Part shown: piece by piece, positions 24,202 through 36,009 of the stretch
How the letters are laid out: each line of letters begins with the position of its first letter
How positions within the stretch are numbered: position 1 is the stretch's first letter
Translations under genes and position numbers: made by a program
Assembly: GCF_036588685.1 (NCBI RefSeq)
Contig: NC_086373.1
Span: forward strand, 112,096,001-112,160,000
DNA from: Mytilus trossulus
Taxonomy: Eukaryota
Length of the DNA: 64,000 bases
Reading direction: 5' to 3'
The notes under the pieces: model-generated
The model's database searches: none
Told to the model about the DNA's origin: nothing
What the model saw: only the letters and a program-made list of their open reading frames with translations

Positions 24202-24600
24202 TGTGACCGGAGAGCACATATTTACTCTACAAATTCGTCACAGCCGGGATTCGAACCCCAGGCGTCTGCGTGACAGTCAGTGCGTTAACCCACTGAGCCG
24301 AAGAATTGATTCCCTGACTGGCTTTATTTTTTCTACCTGTACTGAGGGGAAGCAACCCTGCTACACTGTTCCTCAAGAGTCATCATATCTTTATATATGA
24401 GTCTAAACAACACAAACCCTGGCTATACTCCAGATAACCATCGTGGATTTTTTAGTTGGGCGCCAAATGTAACCGGAGAGCATGTATCTACAAATTCATA
24501 TCATCACACCTGGGATTCAAACCCTGGTCGTCTGCGTGACAGTTGATTAAAACTGGCTTTATATGTTCTACCTGTACAGAGGGGAAGCAACCTCGCTACA
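24202..24600 (-). mobile_element. Miniature LTR retrotransposon with tRNA-like sequence in its LTRs (Helenus-type)
   Basis: LTRs 24202-24365 and 24468-24600 (TGT...ACA), CAAC TSD, PBS TGGCGCCCAAC (24465-24455), purine-rich GAGGAACAG before the 3' LTR, A box CGGCTCAGTGG and B box GGTTCGAATCC in the LTR. Confidence 0.88.
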
Positions 24601-25972
24601 CAACGTTTTATATATGAATATACATATCTGGGGTTTTAATTTTTCTTTTGTGTTTAATATGAGGTAGGCAATAGCTGTGAATGGGGACAAAGTTTTTTGA
24701 TTTTTTTTTAATTCAAACATGTTAAAAAGAGAAAAGGAAATACTGTAACGTTTCCAATTTTGGTTCTGTTGTTAGGGATTTTAAGGTTTTAGTTGTGACG
24801 TTATTTAAGTTATAAAATCTGATGTTGGCAAAAAATTTTGAAATGTTGATTATCAGTTGTCCCCATACGTCAGACAAGTTTTATCATGTTATAAATATGA
24901 GTGATAAACTCTTAAATGACAAATTTTATATTTTTTTGTAGTTAAGCAGGCGTAATAATATCAGCTTTTGCACTCTTGTGATATAATTAATTAAAATGAT
25001 CTGAAACATGTCAAAACGTTTTATTGAAAAGTCATTATATATTCTTCAGTTTTGTCAAAAAGCCTGAGAGCGTCCTTCAAAGAGGAGAAAACCCAGTTAG
25101 TCATTTAGTTATCAATTTTACAATTCAAAGATTTTCTATTTTTACCTTTATTATTATCATGATTATGTACTTATATATATCATTTGTATATAATTATAAG
25201 TTTGTTGAATGATTCAAAATATCAACTATATGCACATGATGTACTTGTCTCGATTTTGCCGATGTATTATGGATTTACTTACTATGAATTTTTATATATA
25301 TATAATAAGTAGTTTTTTTCCAATAACCACATTACATAAAAACAAAAGATAACAGCTTGTTCCTTGTGTTATATTTAAGTAATTAATCATTATCTTAAAC
25401 AAGTTTGTGTGCTTTGATATTTGTAGATAAATGGATTCTGCTGTATCATCAACAAATGGTAAACGAAAACGTGAGGACGAAGATACAAAGGGAGATAATA
25501 CCAATAAATGTGTTGTCAAGGAGGGATTTTCTTGGTGGACAGGTTTGATGTACGATATGCCGAAATCCATGACAAAACCACAACCTGTGGACAAAAATTC
25601 AAAAAGTTGATGTCTACTTAGTATTAGGACTTATGTGTTGAAATTTTTAATTGTATGTTTGATGTGTTGATTTTTGTTTGATTTTTGTTTTTTTTACTTC
25701 AAGAATTTTTGTATCAAATCATTAAATGCTTTTCATTTCATTCTGTCAATGCATTCCATTACGTGAAGCTAAAGAATCGTTCTATGCATTTTATACACAA
25801 ATAGGCACATATACACTTATCAGCATTTAAGTTATTTGTATATATATGACTTGTACTCACAAAGACTTGTTAGTGTTTATTAGATACTTTTGTCCTTAAA
25901 AAAAAACAAACTTATTAACTTGAAAATAAGGACCGTTTATAAGCAGTAAATAGAATTATTACAGTCAAAGTG

Positions 25973-26257
25973 ATGGAAAATATTTACAAGGATCCTTTGC
26001 CAGAATGTTCATTTACCAGCTCAGGGAAAATTGTTCCAGTGCAACAAGAAAAGGACACACTAATAACTGTTGAAAATGTTGAATTGAATGATTCTGCAAT
26101 TGACTTCCCATGCAAGCCAGAGAAACCCTCAGACACTGATTGTTGTGGATCAGGCTGTATTCCATGTGTTTTTGATATCTATGACCAAGAAATCAAAATA
26201 TGGGAACATGAATGTTCCAGACTAAGAAATAAAGCTGCACCTGGTGAGGATGACTTG
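25973..26257 (+). CDS. CYB5RL: NADH-cytochrome b5 reductase-like, coding exon 1 (oxidoreductase-like N-terminal domain)
   Basis: PEKPSDTDCCGSGCIPCVFDIY motif; acceptor at 25964, ATG 25973, GTAAGA donor, 95 codons. Confidence 0.88.
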
Positions 26258-27240
26258 GTAAGACATTTACTTACTCGGAATTTATAGTGTATATTGGAGA
26301 ATGGGACCTCAACATAGGATTTATTGTGTCAAATATTATCTCTGTAATGTGTGCATTTTATGTGAGTTGATTGCCCAATTCAAATTTAAAATTAGATAAG
26401 GAAACCAAAAATAAGTTTTTGATATGCATTTTTACTGATGTCTATAGTATAGCCCTCAGAAGCAGTACCAGAAATCCATCTTTTGCCCTGTGCTTGTTAT
26501 ACATGCCAAGGCTCTGTGTTGAAGGCCGTACTTTAACCTATAATGGTTTACTTTTTAAATTGTTTCTTGGATGGAGAGTTGTCTCATTGGCACCTACACC
26601 ACATCTTCCTATATCTATATGTCAGTTTTGTAATACTTAATGCTTTAGGTCGGGCCTTGTGAAACAGATTTTGTAAGAGTTCTTTAACTGCTTTGTCTAT
26701 TATTTCCTATTTGATAATTAATTTTTAGGGCCCTTTATAGCTTGCTGTTAGGTGTGAGACAAAGCTCCGTGTTGAAGGCTGTCACCTTGACCTATAATGG
26801 TTTTCTTTTATAAGTTGTTACTAGGATGGAGAATGGTCTCATTGCCAATCATACCACATCTTACATCTATATAGAGTTTCATTTCAAGTCTGCTAATGCA
26901 AGGAATTGGAAAGTAAAAAAAAAGAAGATGTGGTATGATTGCCAATGACACAACTGTCCACAAGAGATTAAAATGACACAGACATTAACAAATAAGGTTA
27001 CCGTACAGCCCTTAACCATGAGCAAAGCCCATACAGAATAGTCAGCTATAAAAGGCCCTATGAGTGTTTGTTTGTACTTGGTAGAGTCTTGGTACTGTTG
27101 TACTTAAGTTGTATGGTAACTTTTTTATCATCCCCACTTCAATTATTTGGTAACATTGAATCAACAGAAATGGAAGGTATGATTCCCAACATGATAACTA
27201 TGTATATACATGTAAATACAATGACAGTTTATAATTTCAG

Positions 27241-27392
27241 TATAAAGAAAAGTCAATGTTATCAGAGCTGGAATACAGAAAGTTTACAATATCTCAGGTT
27301 TGGCCCGAGACAGGAGATACAAACAGATACAGATTCAAGCTTCCATTTGACAGAGATCTGGGTTTACAGATTGGGCAGCACATAATAGTCAG
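27241..27392 (+). CDS. CYB5RL: CYB5RL coding exon 2 (YKEKSMLSELEYRKFTISQVWPETGDTNRYRFKLPFDRDLGLQIGQHIIV)
   Basis: tttcAG acceptor, GTTGTG donor, 152 nt; start of FAD-binding domain (LGL-x-x-GQHI). Confidence 0.9.
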
Positions 27393-28276
27393 GTTGTGCT
27401 TCTATTTTAGATTTAAATTTCAACCATAACTTAATAATGCTCTATCAATCTTTTCAAATTCTGTAATTTTTGTATTGATCTCCAGCTTTTTCAGCAGTCA
27501 TGGCATTGTGACATCATAAACTACTATAAAAAAATGACATTTAACCATTAAAAATTGTGAAGTCAAAAGACAAGGTCACATATAGGCTATGATAATATGC
27601 ATTATGCAATACTAGCTTACAGAAATTTACCGTCATACCGAATATTTTATGTCAATGTCAAAACATAAAGATTCGGGAAACACATATAAGACAGACATGA
27701 ACCAAAGACAACCATTGAACTACATACTGCTGACTTGAAACAGGCACACAAGCATTAGCCTTTCAAAAAGGGCTAAAGTCGACTCTTAGCTGATGAAAAT
27801 GGAAAGCGCTCTCACTTTGTAGATTAATTCATTTACTAGAATAGCCACGTGCATCAATCAACAAATTTTACCACACACCTGAGGTCACACATTATGAATT
27901 AGTACCGGTATATATATCATTAAACGTTGTTGTTTACCCCAGAAGATTCAACTATTTATAGATAAAAGTTACCTGTGTAAAATATAATTGCTAATATAGA
28001 GAGAACAAATCCGATACTCTAAGGGACTGAAGGACATTTACTAGGTTTGGATTGTCCTAACCAATCAATAAACTTTGATTATTCACGTCTCGTAATATCT
28101 TACAATCAGCTAGCAAGAAAAATTCACGCACTAACTGTTCATCGTTCAATTCTTACATATATCTGAGAGTACTAGCAGTTATTGACAGCTAATTCGTAGT
28201 CACGAACAACTATTTTTTTTTATTATCTTAGTTATATCTTAAAACATGCATTCATTTTATATTTATACAGTATTAT

Positions 28277-28477
28277 GAGGGGGGATAGGAGGGGTCCTGA
28301 TCCCAAATTCCCAGACTTAAAAAAACAAAATCCAGAGGTCCAGAATTTAAATAAAGTAAATCCGGACGTCCCAAAATCTGAAAAAAAGGATTCCCAGATC
28401 ACGAAAGGGTCAATTTTGAAATCCCGAGCTTAAAAAGACCCGATCCTGGAGTCCTGATAAAGGTCCTATCCCCCCTC
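28277..28477. mobile_element. Short TIR element (GAGGGGGGATAGGA...TCCTATCCCCCCTC)
   Basis: Inverted termini; related copies at ~23016-23203 and ~16910-17096. No clean TSD. Confidence 0.6.
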
Positions 28478-28574
28478 TATTAAAAGCAAAAAAAAAATGA
28501 CATTCTTTTCATTCTGATATCTAATCTGGACTAAGTGCACACATTGGTAACTAACTAAATACGTTTTATTTCAG

Positions 28575-28662
28575 GGGAAGAAGTTTAAATGAAACAATTA
28601 CAAGACAGTACACACCGATAACTGACATTACAACCTCTGGTTACTTTGATCTTCTAATAAAA
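28575..28662 (+). CDS. CYB5RL: CYB5RL coding exon 3 (GRSLNETITRQYTPITDITTSGYFDLLIK)
   Basis: RxYTP flavin-binding motif; 88 nt, phases 2/0 consistent with neighbours. Confidence 0.92.
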
Positions 28663-29826
28663 GTATGTATCAATTTCGTATGGTGATAGAATGAAAGAAT
28701 GCTGAAAAAATGTCTCAGCCTCTTACATACATTTGTATGATTCAGGGTATCCAGACTTAATGTTTTGCTTATTGTCTATGATCTATGGCATTCAGACTAG
28801 TGTCACCATTGTAGCAGGGCTATTTAACTTTAGGTCAGTAATATTAACCTGACACCTTTAGCTGGTCTGATTCAGAAATCGCAATAAAATAGTAATATTT
28901 GACTTGCAACCTATTTATTAGGGCATTCAAACTCTACTTCTGTAAACTATGGCCTTTCACCTCCAGTAATATTGGGGTCTTGTAGTAGGGTGTTTAGACT
29001 TGATTGCACCACGGGTAAATTATCACGTTGTAATTGGTTTTATACCGTCATGTAATTCGCCCTATGAACCTGTAGGGTGTTAGAAATTTCATATGGGGTT
29101 CATGATGTCACATCTATTGTTGATATTGACGTCATCTTTCGATGTTGTATTATTATTTATTGTTCTACAAAAAACAGCAGAAAAAGTCCCATGTGTGATA
29201 AATTTGTTATACTATTCACTACTGAACCCCCCTGTACCATAGAGGGTGAGTAAAATCACTAGGAGATTCGGTTTCGGCCTTACCCCCGTTGTATTTTACT
29301 CGCCCTCTATAAATCTGTATGGGGTCAATAGTTTTATATAACTTATAATGACATGTCATGTTTGTTATATATGCGTCTTTACTTACAGAAATTTCAAGAT
29401 AATGAAAGAGAAATTCTGCACTCCCACAAGATTTAATCAATTTAACTAATGTCAATTGTTCTTTCTTATACGGTCTTCTTTTCTATTGAGAAGCATGAAA
29501 GTACATTGTATGCATGTTTTTAATTTAAAATCTTATTATGATCATTATAGTGCCTTTGAAACCTGACTTATAGATTAGGGTAAATATGTTAAATTAATTT
29601 AACAAATTGATATTTTCAACCATGGTTATAATAAAGCCTTTTCGGCATTTTGGAATTCAATTCATCAAGCTCACGAAATCTTGTATGACAAATCAGAAGT
29701 ATGTTAAAGCTTTTTCGTTAACCAATTGTCTCAAATTTGTTTGACCTGTGGAAACTAGCAGTAGATCTGGTGAATTGTTGAAAGTATTTGGCAGATTTGT
29801 ATAATTTGGAATTCTAAATCTTTCAG

Positions 29827-29931
29827 ATTTACAGAGATGGAAAGATGTCAAAGATAATCAGGGACTGGAAAGTTGGAGATGAGGTAGAAATTAGAGGACC
29901 TTTTGGATCACTGGATTATTTCCCTGGAAAA
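29827..29931 (+). CDS. CYB5RL: CYB5RL coding exon 4 (IYRDGKMSKIIRDWKVGDEVEIRGPFGSLDYFPGK)
   Basis: GKMS and RGPFG motifs; canonical splice sites, 105 nt. Confidence 0.92.
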
Positions 29932-30288
29932 GTAAATACACTTTATCAATTCTGGTTGTTTTTAATCCCCTACCGACCAAGTTGAAGAAGACTTTAGGTT
30001 AGCATTCTGTCCGTCCATCTCTCTGCTGTCTGTCTGTTCATCCATCCAGCAAATCAATTTCCACACTTGTTTTCTTCATTCAGATTTTGATTTGATATTT
30101 GATATTTTGTATATTGTTTTATCATGACAAGTTACAGATCAAGTTTGAATTTTGTGTTCAGGTCTGATGATTTTGTGCAGAGTTATAATCCTTGGACTTA
30201 GAGTTCACTCAAATAATCAGTTTTCCACACATTTTTTCGTTATGCTTAAAGATATAGATTTGAAAATTTGATATATTTTATATTTCAG

Positions 30289-30492
30289 TACAGATGTATA
30301 CTGATGCTAGCTGTAGGTACAGGCATTGCTCCAATGTCTCAGGTTATACAAGGTATACTGAACAATGAAGAAGATGAAACGTTTATACACCTTCTCTATG
30401 GCTGTCACACTTATAAAGATATACTGATGAAGACAGAATTAGATGGGTGGGCAGGCTACTGGAATTTCTCTGTTACATATGCTTTAAACCAG
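30289..30492 (+). CDS. CYB5RL: CYB5RL coding exon 5 (NAD-binding domain)
   Basis: MLAVGTGIAPMSQ motif; tttcAG acceptor, GTTAGT donor, 204 nt. Confidence 0.92.
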
Positions 30493-30547
30493 GTTAGTAT
30501 TAATCATGTCAGATAAAATGATCTTTGGCGTTTTAACTTTTTTAATT

Positions 30548-30605
30548 CAGGCATCACTGATAAGTTTTCTATAGATGAAAGGCATGTCTGGCATACAAAT
30601 CAATA
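30548..30605 (+). mobile_element. Decayed hammerhead/retrozyme fragment in CYB5RL intron 5
   Basis: gcatcaCTGATAAgttttctatagatGAAAggcatgtctggcatac matches the 6345-6390 copy; core box mutated. Confidence 0.55.
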
Positions 30606-30751
30606 AATCTGGTTGAACAAATAAACCAGTTAAAACAATCCATTGAAACAATTCAATTTTTTCTTGATTGAAATTTTGCACTTATTTTTACACTGAAATG
30701 ACCTGACTTTGTTATACTTTGAATAAGCAGACCTTCTACTTTATATTTCAG

Positions 30752-30949
30752 GAACAGGAGAAGAATTATCAATATGGAGATAAAGTTTGTGAGAGAAGAA
30801 TTGATGAGACTTTGATACAACAGGAAATCAGTGGTAAAACTATGGATAAGTTCATGATTCTAATTTGTGGAACTAGGTCATTTGATGAGGATATAATGAA
30901 ATGCTGTGATAATCTAGGATTTAATCAAAAACAGATGTTTAAATTCTAA
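30752..30949 (+). CDS. CYB5RL: CYB5RL last coding exon (...LICGTRSFDEDIMKCCDNLGFNQKQMFKF*); spliced protein 343 aa
   Basis: LICG motif and C-terminal Phe typical of the ferredoxin-reductase/b5R family; TAA stop. Confidence 0.92.
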   Translation, partial: EQEKNYQYGDKVCERRIDETLIQQEISGKTMDKFMILICGTRSFDEDIMKCCDNLGFNQKQMFKF

Positions 30950-31595
30950 ATAATAATCTCACCTAAGATAACTGTTCACTGGTTTCATATGTTTACACGA
31001 AATTTAGGTTCTCAAGGGAGACAACTACATACTACTAATTGAAATGTGATTAACAACTTTTCGGAGGAAATATCTTATGAACTAGACCATTGACAAGTCT
31101 TTAATTACTTCTTTCCAACACCTTTAGGTCAACCAGTGTGTATTTTCTTGAAACAAAAAATTAGATTCTTGATGTTGATATCATTTGTAGGAGAAAAACA
31201 AATGAACAGATTAATTTTAAACATGTTTTGACGATACACATTTGCTTTACATTTTCTATATAATATTTATGAAGGTAAAACATAATATTGAGTTTGCAAA
31301 CTTCTGTCTGTTATCCTTTGCTTTGCTTATAATGAAACACCTCCTAGATTTTGGTGGGGTTCATTTTGCTTTGATTTTAGTTTTCTATGTTGTGTTTATT
31401 ATTTGTCTGTTTTTTTCTATTTTTAGCCATGCATTGTCATTATAATTTTTATCTATGAGTATGACTGTCCCTCTGGTATCTTTAGTCCCTCTTCTATTAC
31501 TATGATACAGAAAATAAATACTGCCAAGATTATGTAGAGTTATCTCCCCTATTCCATAAGACTATATTTATGGAATTTCTAATACATGTAGTAGA

Positions 31596-32220
31596 AATTA
31601 GAAAAAAATGTAACTTGAAGCTGCAAGAATTGTAACAGGGCTACAAATATTTAAAAATAAAAATAAAATTAACGGAAAAAAATGGATCTCTTCAGGACTA
31701 TGGCAGAAAAAGAAAACTGCAAATGTTTTATAAAGCATGTAGCTGAAACGTCCCTAATTATCTTTGTAATTCCACCATAGATACAAAGAGCGAACAACAA
31801 CATATCATTTAAGAAATGGTGACAATACTATGTTACCTATTTGTAGACTTTTGAAAATTATTGACTCATTCATTTCTATATTCTATAACTATTAGGCATT
31901 GGAATAGATAAAGACATATCTGTACAAAAAACAGACATGTTATCAAAATTTAAATATAGATTTAAAAAGAGTTCTGGATAAGTTGATAAAATGGTACCGT
32001 CTTTGCCTTTGATACACTCCACACAAACACACACTATTTCTATATTGTTTGTTTATATGTCTTTTAAATTACTAATGTCTGATTGGAATTATGTAATAAT
32101 TAATTTCGTATTTGTATGTTATGATTGATTTTGTATCTTAGGAGAAGACAATCTTAGTTGGATTAGTGTTTCTATTGAATCCTTTTCATGATATTTTGCA
32201 AATAAAATATGTTTAAATTT
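31596..32220 (+). mobile_element. Decayed 3' end of a CR1/L2-group LINE
   Basis: Frameshifted remnants LEAARIVTGL, RKLQMFYK, PNYL, YHLRNG, TIRHWN, then an aataaaatatgtttaaa tail. Confidence 0.65.
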
Positions 32221-32429
32221 AATAATAATTTATTTTTGAATGTAACTCGTCTTCTGATTGGCAGATGTTGTTTTGTTTATCAGCTCATAGGCATAATTTT
32301 GTCATGTGGCTGTGACGTCATCAACATTTTTCATGGTTTACTCCGTTTAAAAAGGAATTTAGAATTAAATTATAAGAAACGACTGTACTATTTTTCCTTT
32401 CTATTTGAAATAACACAAATACAAATAAG

Positions 32430-32860
32430 TCAACATGACCAAAATGGTCAGTTGACCCTTTTAGGAGTTATTGCCCTTTATAGTAAATTTTTAACCATTT
32501 TTCGTAAATCTTAGTAATCTTTTACAAAAATCTTTTACAGAAACCACTGGGCCAAATTAATCCAAACTTGGCCACAATCTTCTTTGTGGTAAATTGTTTT
32601 AAAAATGTGTCAGATGACCCTGCCATCCAATCAAGATGGCCACCACATCTATAAATAGAACATAGGGGTAAAATGTTCCAATGGGCCAAGTTTATTACAG
32701 ATGGAGATAATTGTAAGCAGCAAGAATGTTCAGTAAAGTAAGATGTACAAAAACATCACCATCACCAAAACACAATTTTGTCATGAATCCATCTGATGCC
32801 TTTGTTTAATATTCACATAGACCAACGTGAGCGACACAGGCTCTTTAGAGCCTCTAGTTT
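32430..32860. mobile_element. Fragment of a non-autonomous Helentron-type element
   Basis: gagttattgcccttt and aaacttggccacaatc core motifs; ends gtgagcgacac-AGGCTCT-tt-AGAGCCT-ctagtttt (3' hairpin plus T-run). Confidence 0.6.
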
Positions 32861-33771
32861 TTGTTTGAATTTTTTGTCTGAAAGAAATGAACTACTAAAT
32901 AAAAGTGTTCTTGGGCTAACTTTTTCTCAATGAGGCCTCTTCACAAGAGAAATCATAAACTCACAACATCTGGTCAGAGTCTCAAATACTTTATTTGAAA
33001 TTAATACATGTTTTTTTTGTATCTCACTGAATAAAAAAAGTAAGTTGCATTCATATTTTATATAATATTTGATTTGTCTATCTGCCACCTGTGGGGATAT
33101 CAAATCACTGTAGAGTCAGATTTCCTTAATTCTGGTGGGAAAATCATTGTAAACACAATAATATCTGGTTTGAATTCAAAACTATCGTTTATTTGTATTT
33201 AAATCCAAATGATCATTTATTTGTATTTGAATTCAAAAGGATCGTTAATTTGTATTTAAATTCAAAATTATCGTAAATTTGTATTTAATTTCAAAATGAT
33301 TATTAATTTGTATGTAACTGAAACAGAGTAAAGACATCTAATTTATTGACAGGTATTCACTCTATACTTTGAATTGCAGTAGAAGTGCACAGTACATAGT
33401 ACTATTATAAATGACAAAATTAATTAGTTTTCTCTTTCACCTGGTTGATCTGTATACAATATTGTCTATAGACATTATAAAACTTATTTATAGAATGTCA
33501 GTGACAAGTAATAATTCTAGCTTCATTGAAATGGTATTGTAATCATCAGCTATCAATGGTAACCTGAGCATTCTTCAATAAAACCATTTAATAATTAAAT
33601 AGGAATTTATTAACCAACATTTAGGTTTTATTTACATCAATTGGATGCTTGTTTGTTTTCTCAACTTGATGTCCTCTTAATATGGGAAAAAAACTTTGTC
33701 AAAATAAGTTAATTGTGAGTTTGACTTTTAATTTAACTGCTGACCTTGAAAATCTGTAAGAGTCATATAGA

Positions 33772-33990
33772 TATAGATATAGGAAGATGTGGTGTGAGTG
33801 CCAATGAGACAACTCTCCATCCAAATAACAATTTAAAAAGTAAACCATTATAGGTTAAAGTTATGGCCTTCAACACAGAGCCTTGGCTCACACCTAACAG
33901 CAAGCTATAAAGGGCCCCAAAATTACTAGTGTAAAACCATTCAAACGGGGAAACCAACGGTCTAATCTATATAAACAAAACGATAAACGA
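33772..33990. mobile_element. Dispersed SINE-like repeat (gaagatgtggtgtgagtgccaatgagacaactctcc family)
   Basis: Near-identical inverted copy at ~57700-57905; relatives at ~12520, 16800, 18200, 18420, 26490, 26730, 26925 and 60920. Confidence 0.75.
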
Positions 33991-34055
33991 GATATGTTGT
34001 TATACAGTTTAGTTGGGTGCCACATAAATATGTTTTTATGCAGATCCCTGATCTC

Positions 34056-34206
34056 AGTTTTAACACTAATCCTTGACCATAGTTTTAACACTAATCCTTG
34101 ACCATAGTTTTAACACTAATCCTTGACCATAGTTTTAACACTAATCCTTGACCATAGTTTTAACTCTAATCCTTGACCATAGTTTTAACACTAACCCTTG
34201 TCCATA
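34056..34206. repeat. 25-bp tandem repeat, ~6 copies
   Basis: agttttaacactaatccttgaccat repeated. Confidence 0.92.
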
Positions 34207-35074
34207 GAAGTCATTTTACTCTCATTGATGGCTTCTTAGACATGTAAGAGGGGTTAATGCCCTTTGATGACAATTTTCTACTCATTTTTAGGTTTTTTGT
34301 CTATTATCTTGAACTGTATGGTAAAAAGGTAGATATATTTAAGTGGCAAAAATTATCAGCAGTACAGAATAAGAATAAGAATTTTATAAGTCTAAAATCC
34401 AAACAATAGGATTGTTACTAAAATACACAACAAAAACAAACAAACAGACAGGCATATTAATTACAAACATGTAGCATTGAAAGAAAAACAAAAACATAGA
34501 TTAATAGTATTAATTATAATACTATTTTTGACAGCATACCTCCTCTTTAAAATTATCAATACACAAGATGTACAAAAAATGTCCTATGATTTCTTATAGG
34601 AGAAATTGCCCCATAAATGATTATTAGTCACATGGTGACAAAGTCGAAGGGGACTTTAGGTTTGCACTCATGATCTGTCCAACAGTCCACACTTTTTTTC
34701 TTCATGCTTGACGATATTGATTTGATATTTGGTGTATTGTTATATCATGACAAGTTACAAATCAAAGTTTGTTCTGGTCTGATGATTTGTCAGAGTTATG
34801 GTCCTTAGAATTAGAAAATCTACTAAAATAATTGCTTGACACAGTTTTTTGTCATTCTTGAATATATTGATTATATAATTTGTATGTAGTTTTATCATGA
34901 CAAGTTACATTTTACAGTCCAAGTTTAAATTTTGTTCCAGTCTGATGATTTTGTGCAGAGTTATGTACAATGTAGTATTTTTGCCTTTTATCTAAAAAAC
35001 TAAATAGCCTTGATTTGCCTCAGCACAAAAAGTGCTTATCATTCATAGTTAGGTTAATCTTTCTATTTAAAGTA

Positions 35075-35252
35075 CTGTGGATTCATTATTATTAGTTGGA
35101 TACCAATTTTTGTGGATTTTGTGGGTACAGATGTAAATGTAAATGTTCAATGTTTGCAGAGGTTGGCCAACCATGAAATCAAATATCCATGAAAATGCAA
35201 GTTTTCCTCAATCCACAAAAATTGATACACATGAAAATAAATGAATCCACAG
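35075..35252. mobile_element. Tc1/mariner-type MITE (TA TSD)
   Basis: TA|CTGTGGATTCATT...AATGAATCCACAG|TA. Confidence 0.75.
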
Positions 35253-35316
35253 TATCATATTTAGAATGCAACATTTAAATTAAAAAAAAAAACATTTGTG
35301 GAATTTGCCTTTTATA

Positions 35317-35915
35317 ACATGCTGTTAACAGGCAGGCTCTTTTGAGACACAAGTTTTAGGTTTATCAGATATGGGTGATCTCCCCTTAATGTTACATGCT
35401 GTTGACAGAGGAATACTGCTTGCCTGGTCTGTTGAGGCACACGTTTTAAGTTTATCAGAGATGGGTTATCTCCCCTTATTTTTACATACTGTTGACAGAT
35501 GAATACTGCCTGGTCTCAGTCTGTTGAGACACAAGTTTAAGGTTTATCAGAGATGGGTTAGCTCCCCTTATTACTACATGCTGTTGACAGATGGATACTG
35601 CATGCTCTTCTGAGGCACAAGTTTTAGGTTTATCAGAGATAGGGTATCTCCCCTTATTGTTACATGCTGTTGACAGATGAATACTGCATGCTCTTTTGAG
35701 GCACAAGTTTTAGGTTTATCAGAGATGGGTTAGCTCCCCTCATTGTTACATGCTGACATTAGCCTGTAGACAGATGAATACTGCAGGCTCTTTTGAGGCA
35801 CAAGTTTTAGGTTTATCAGAGATGGGTTAGCTCCCCTCATTGTTACATGCTGTTGACAGATGAATACTGCAGGCTTTGTTGTGGCACTAGTTTAAAGTAT
35901 ATCAGAGATGGGTAT
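35317..35915. repeat. Degenerate ~84-95-bp tandem repeat, ~7 copies
   Basis: acatgctgttgacagatgaatactgc...cacaagttttaggtttatcagagatggg...ctcccctt repeated. Confidence 0.88.
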
Positions 35916-36009
35916 GATTGCCACCAAGGATATGTGTTACGATTGTCTATGAAGCAACTGGCCACAAAGGATATGTGGTATGATTTGCTATGGAGCAACT
36001 GTTGAAAGT

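Noticed and set aside
24241-24305. Functional tRNA gene
   Set aside because: Has A and B boxes and a T-arm but no convincing acceptor or anticodon stem; it is part of an LTR and partly repeated in the second LTR.
27068-27385. 105-aa ORF as annotated in the track
   Set aside because: The real CYB5RL exon 2 (27241-27392) is in a different frame; the track ORF is a shadow.
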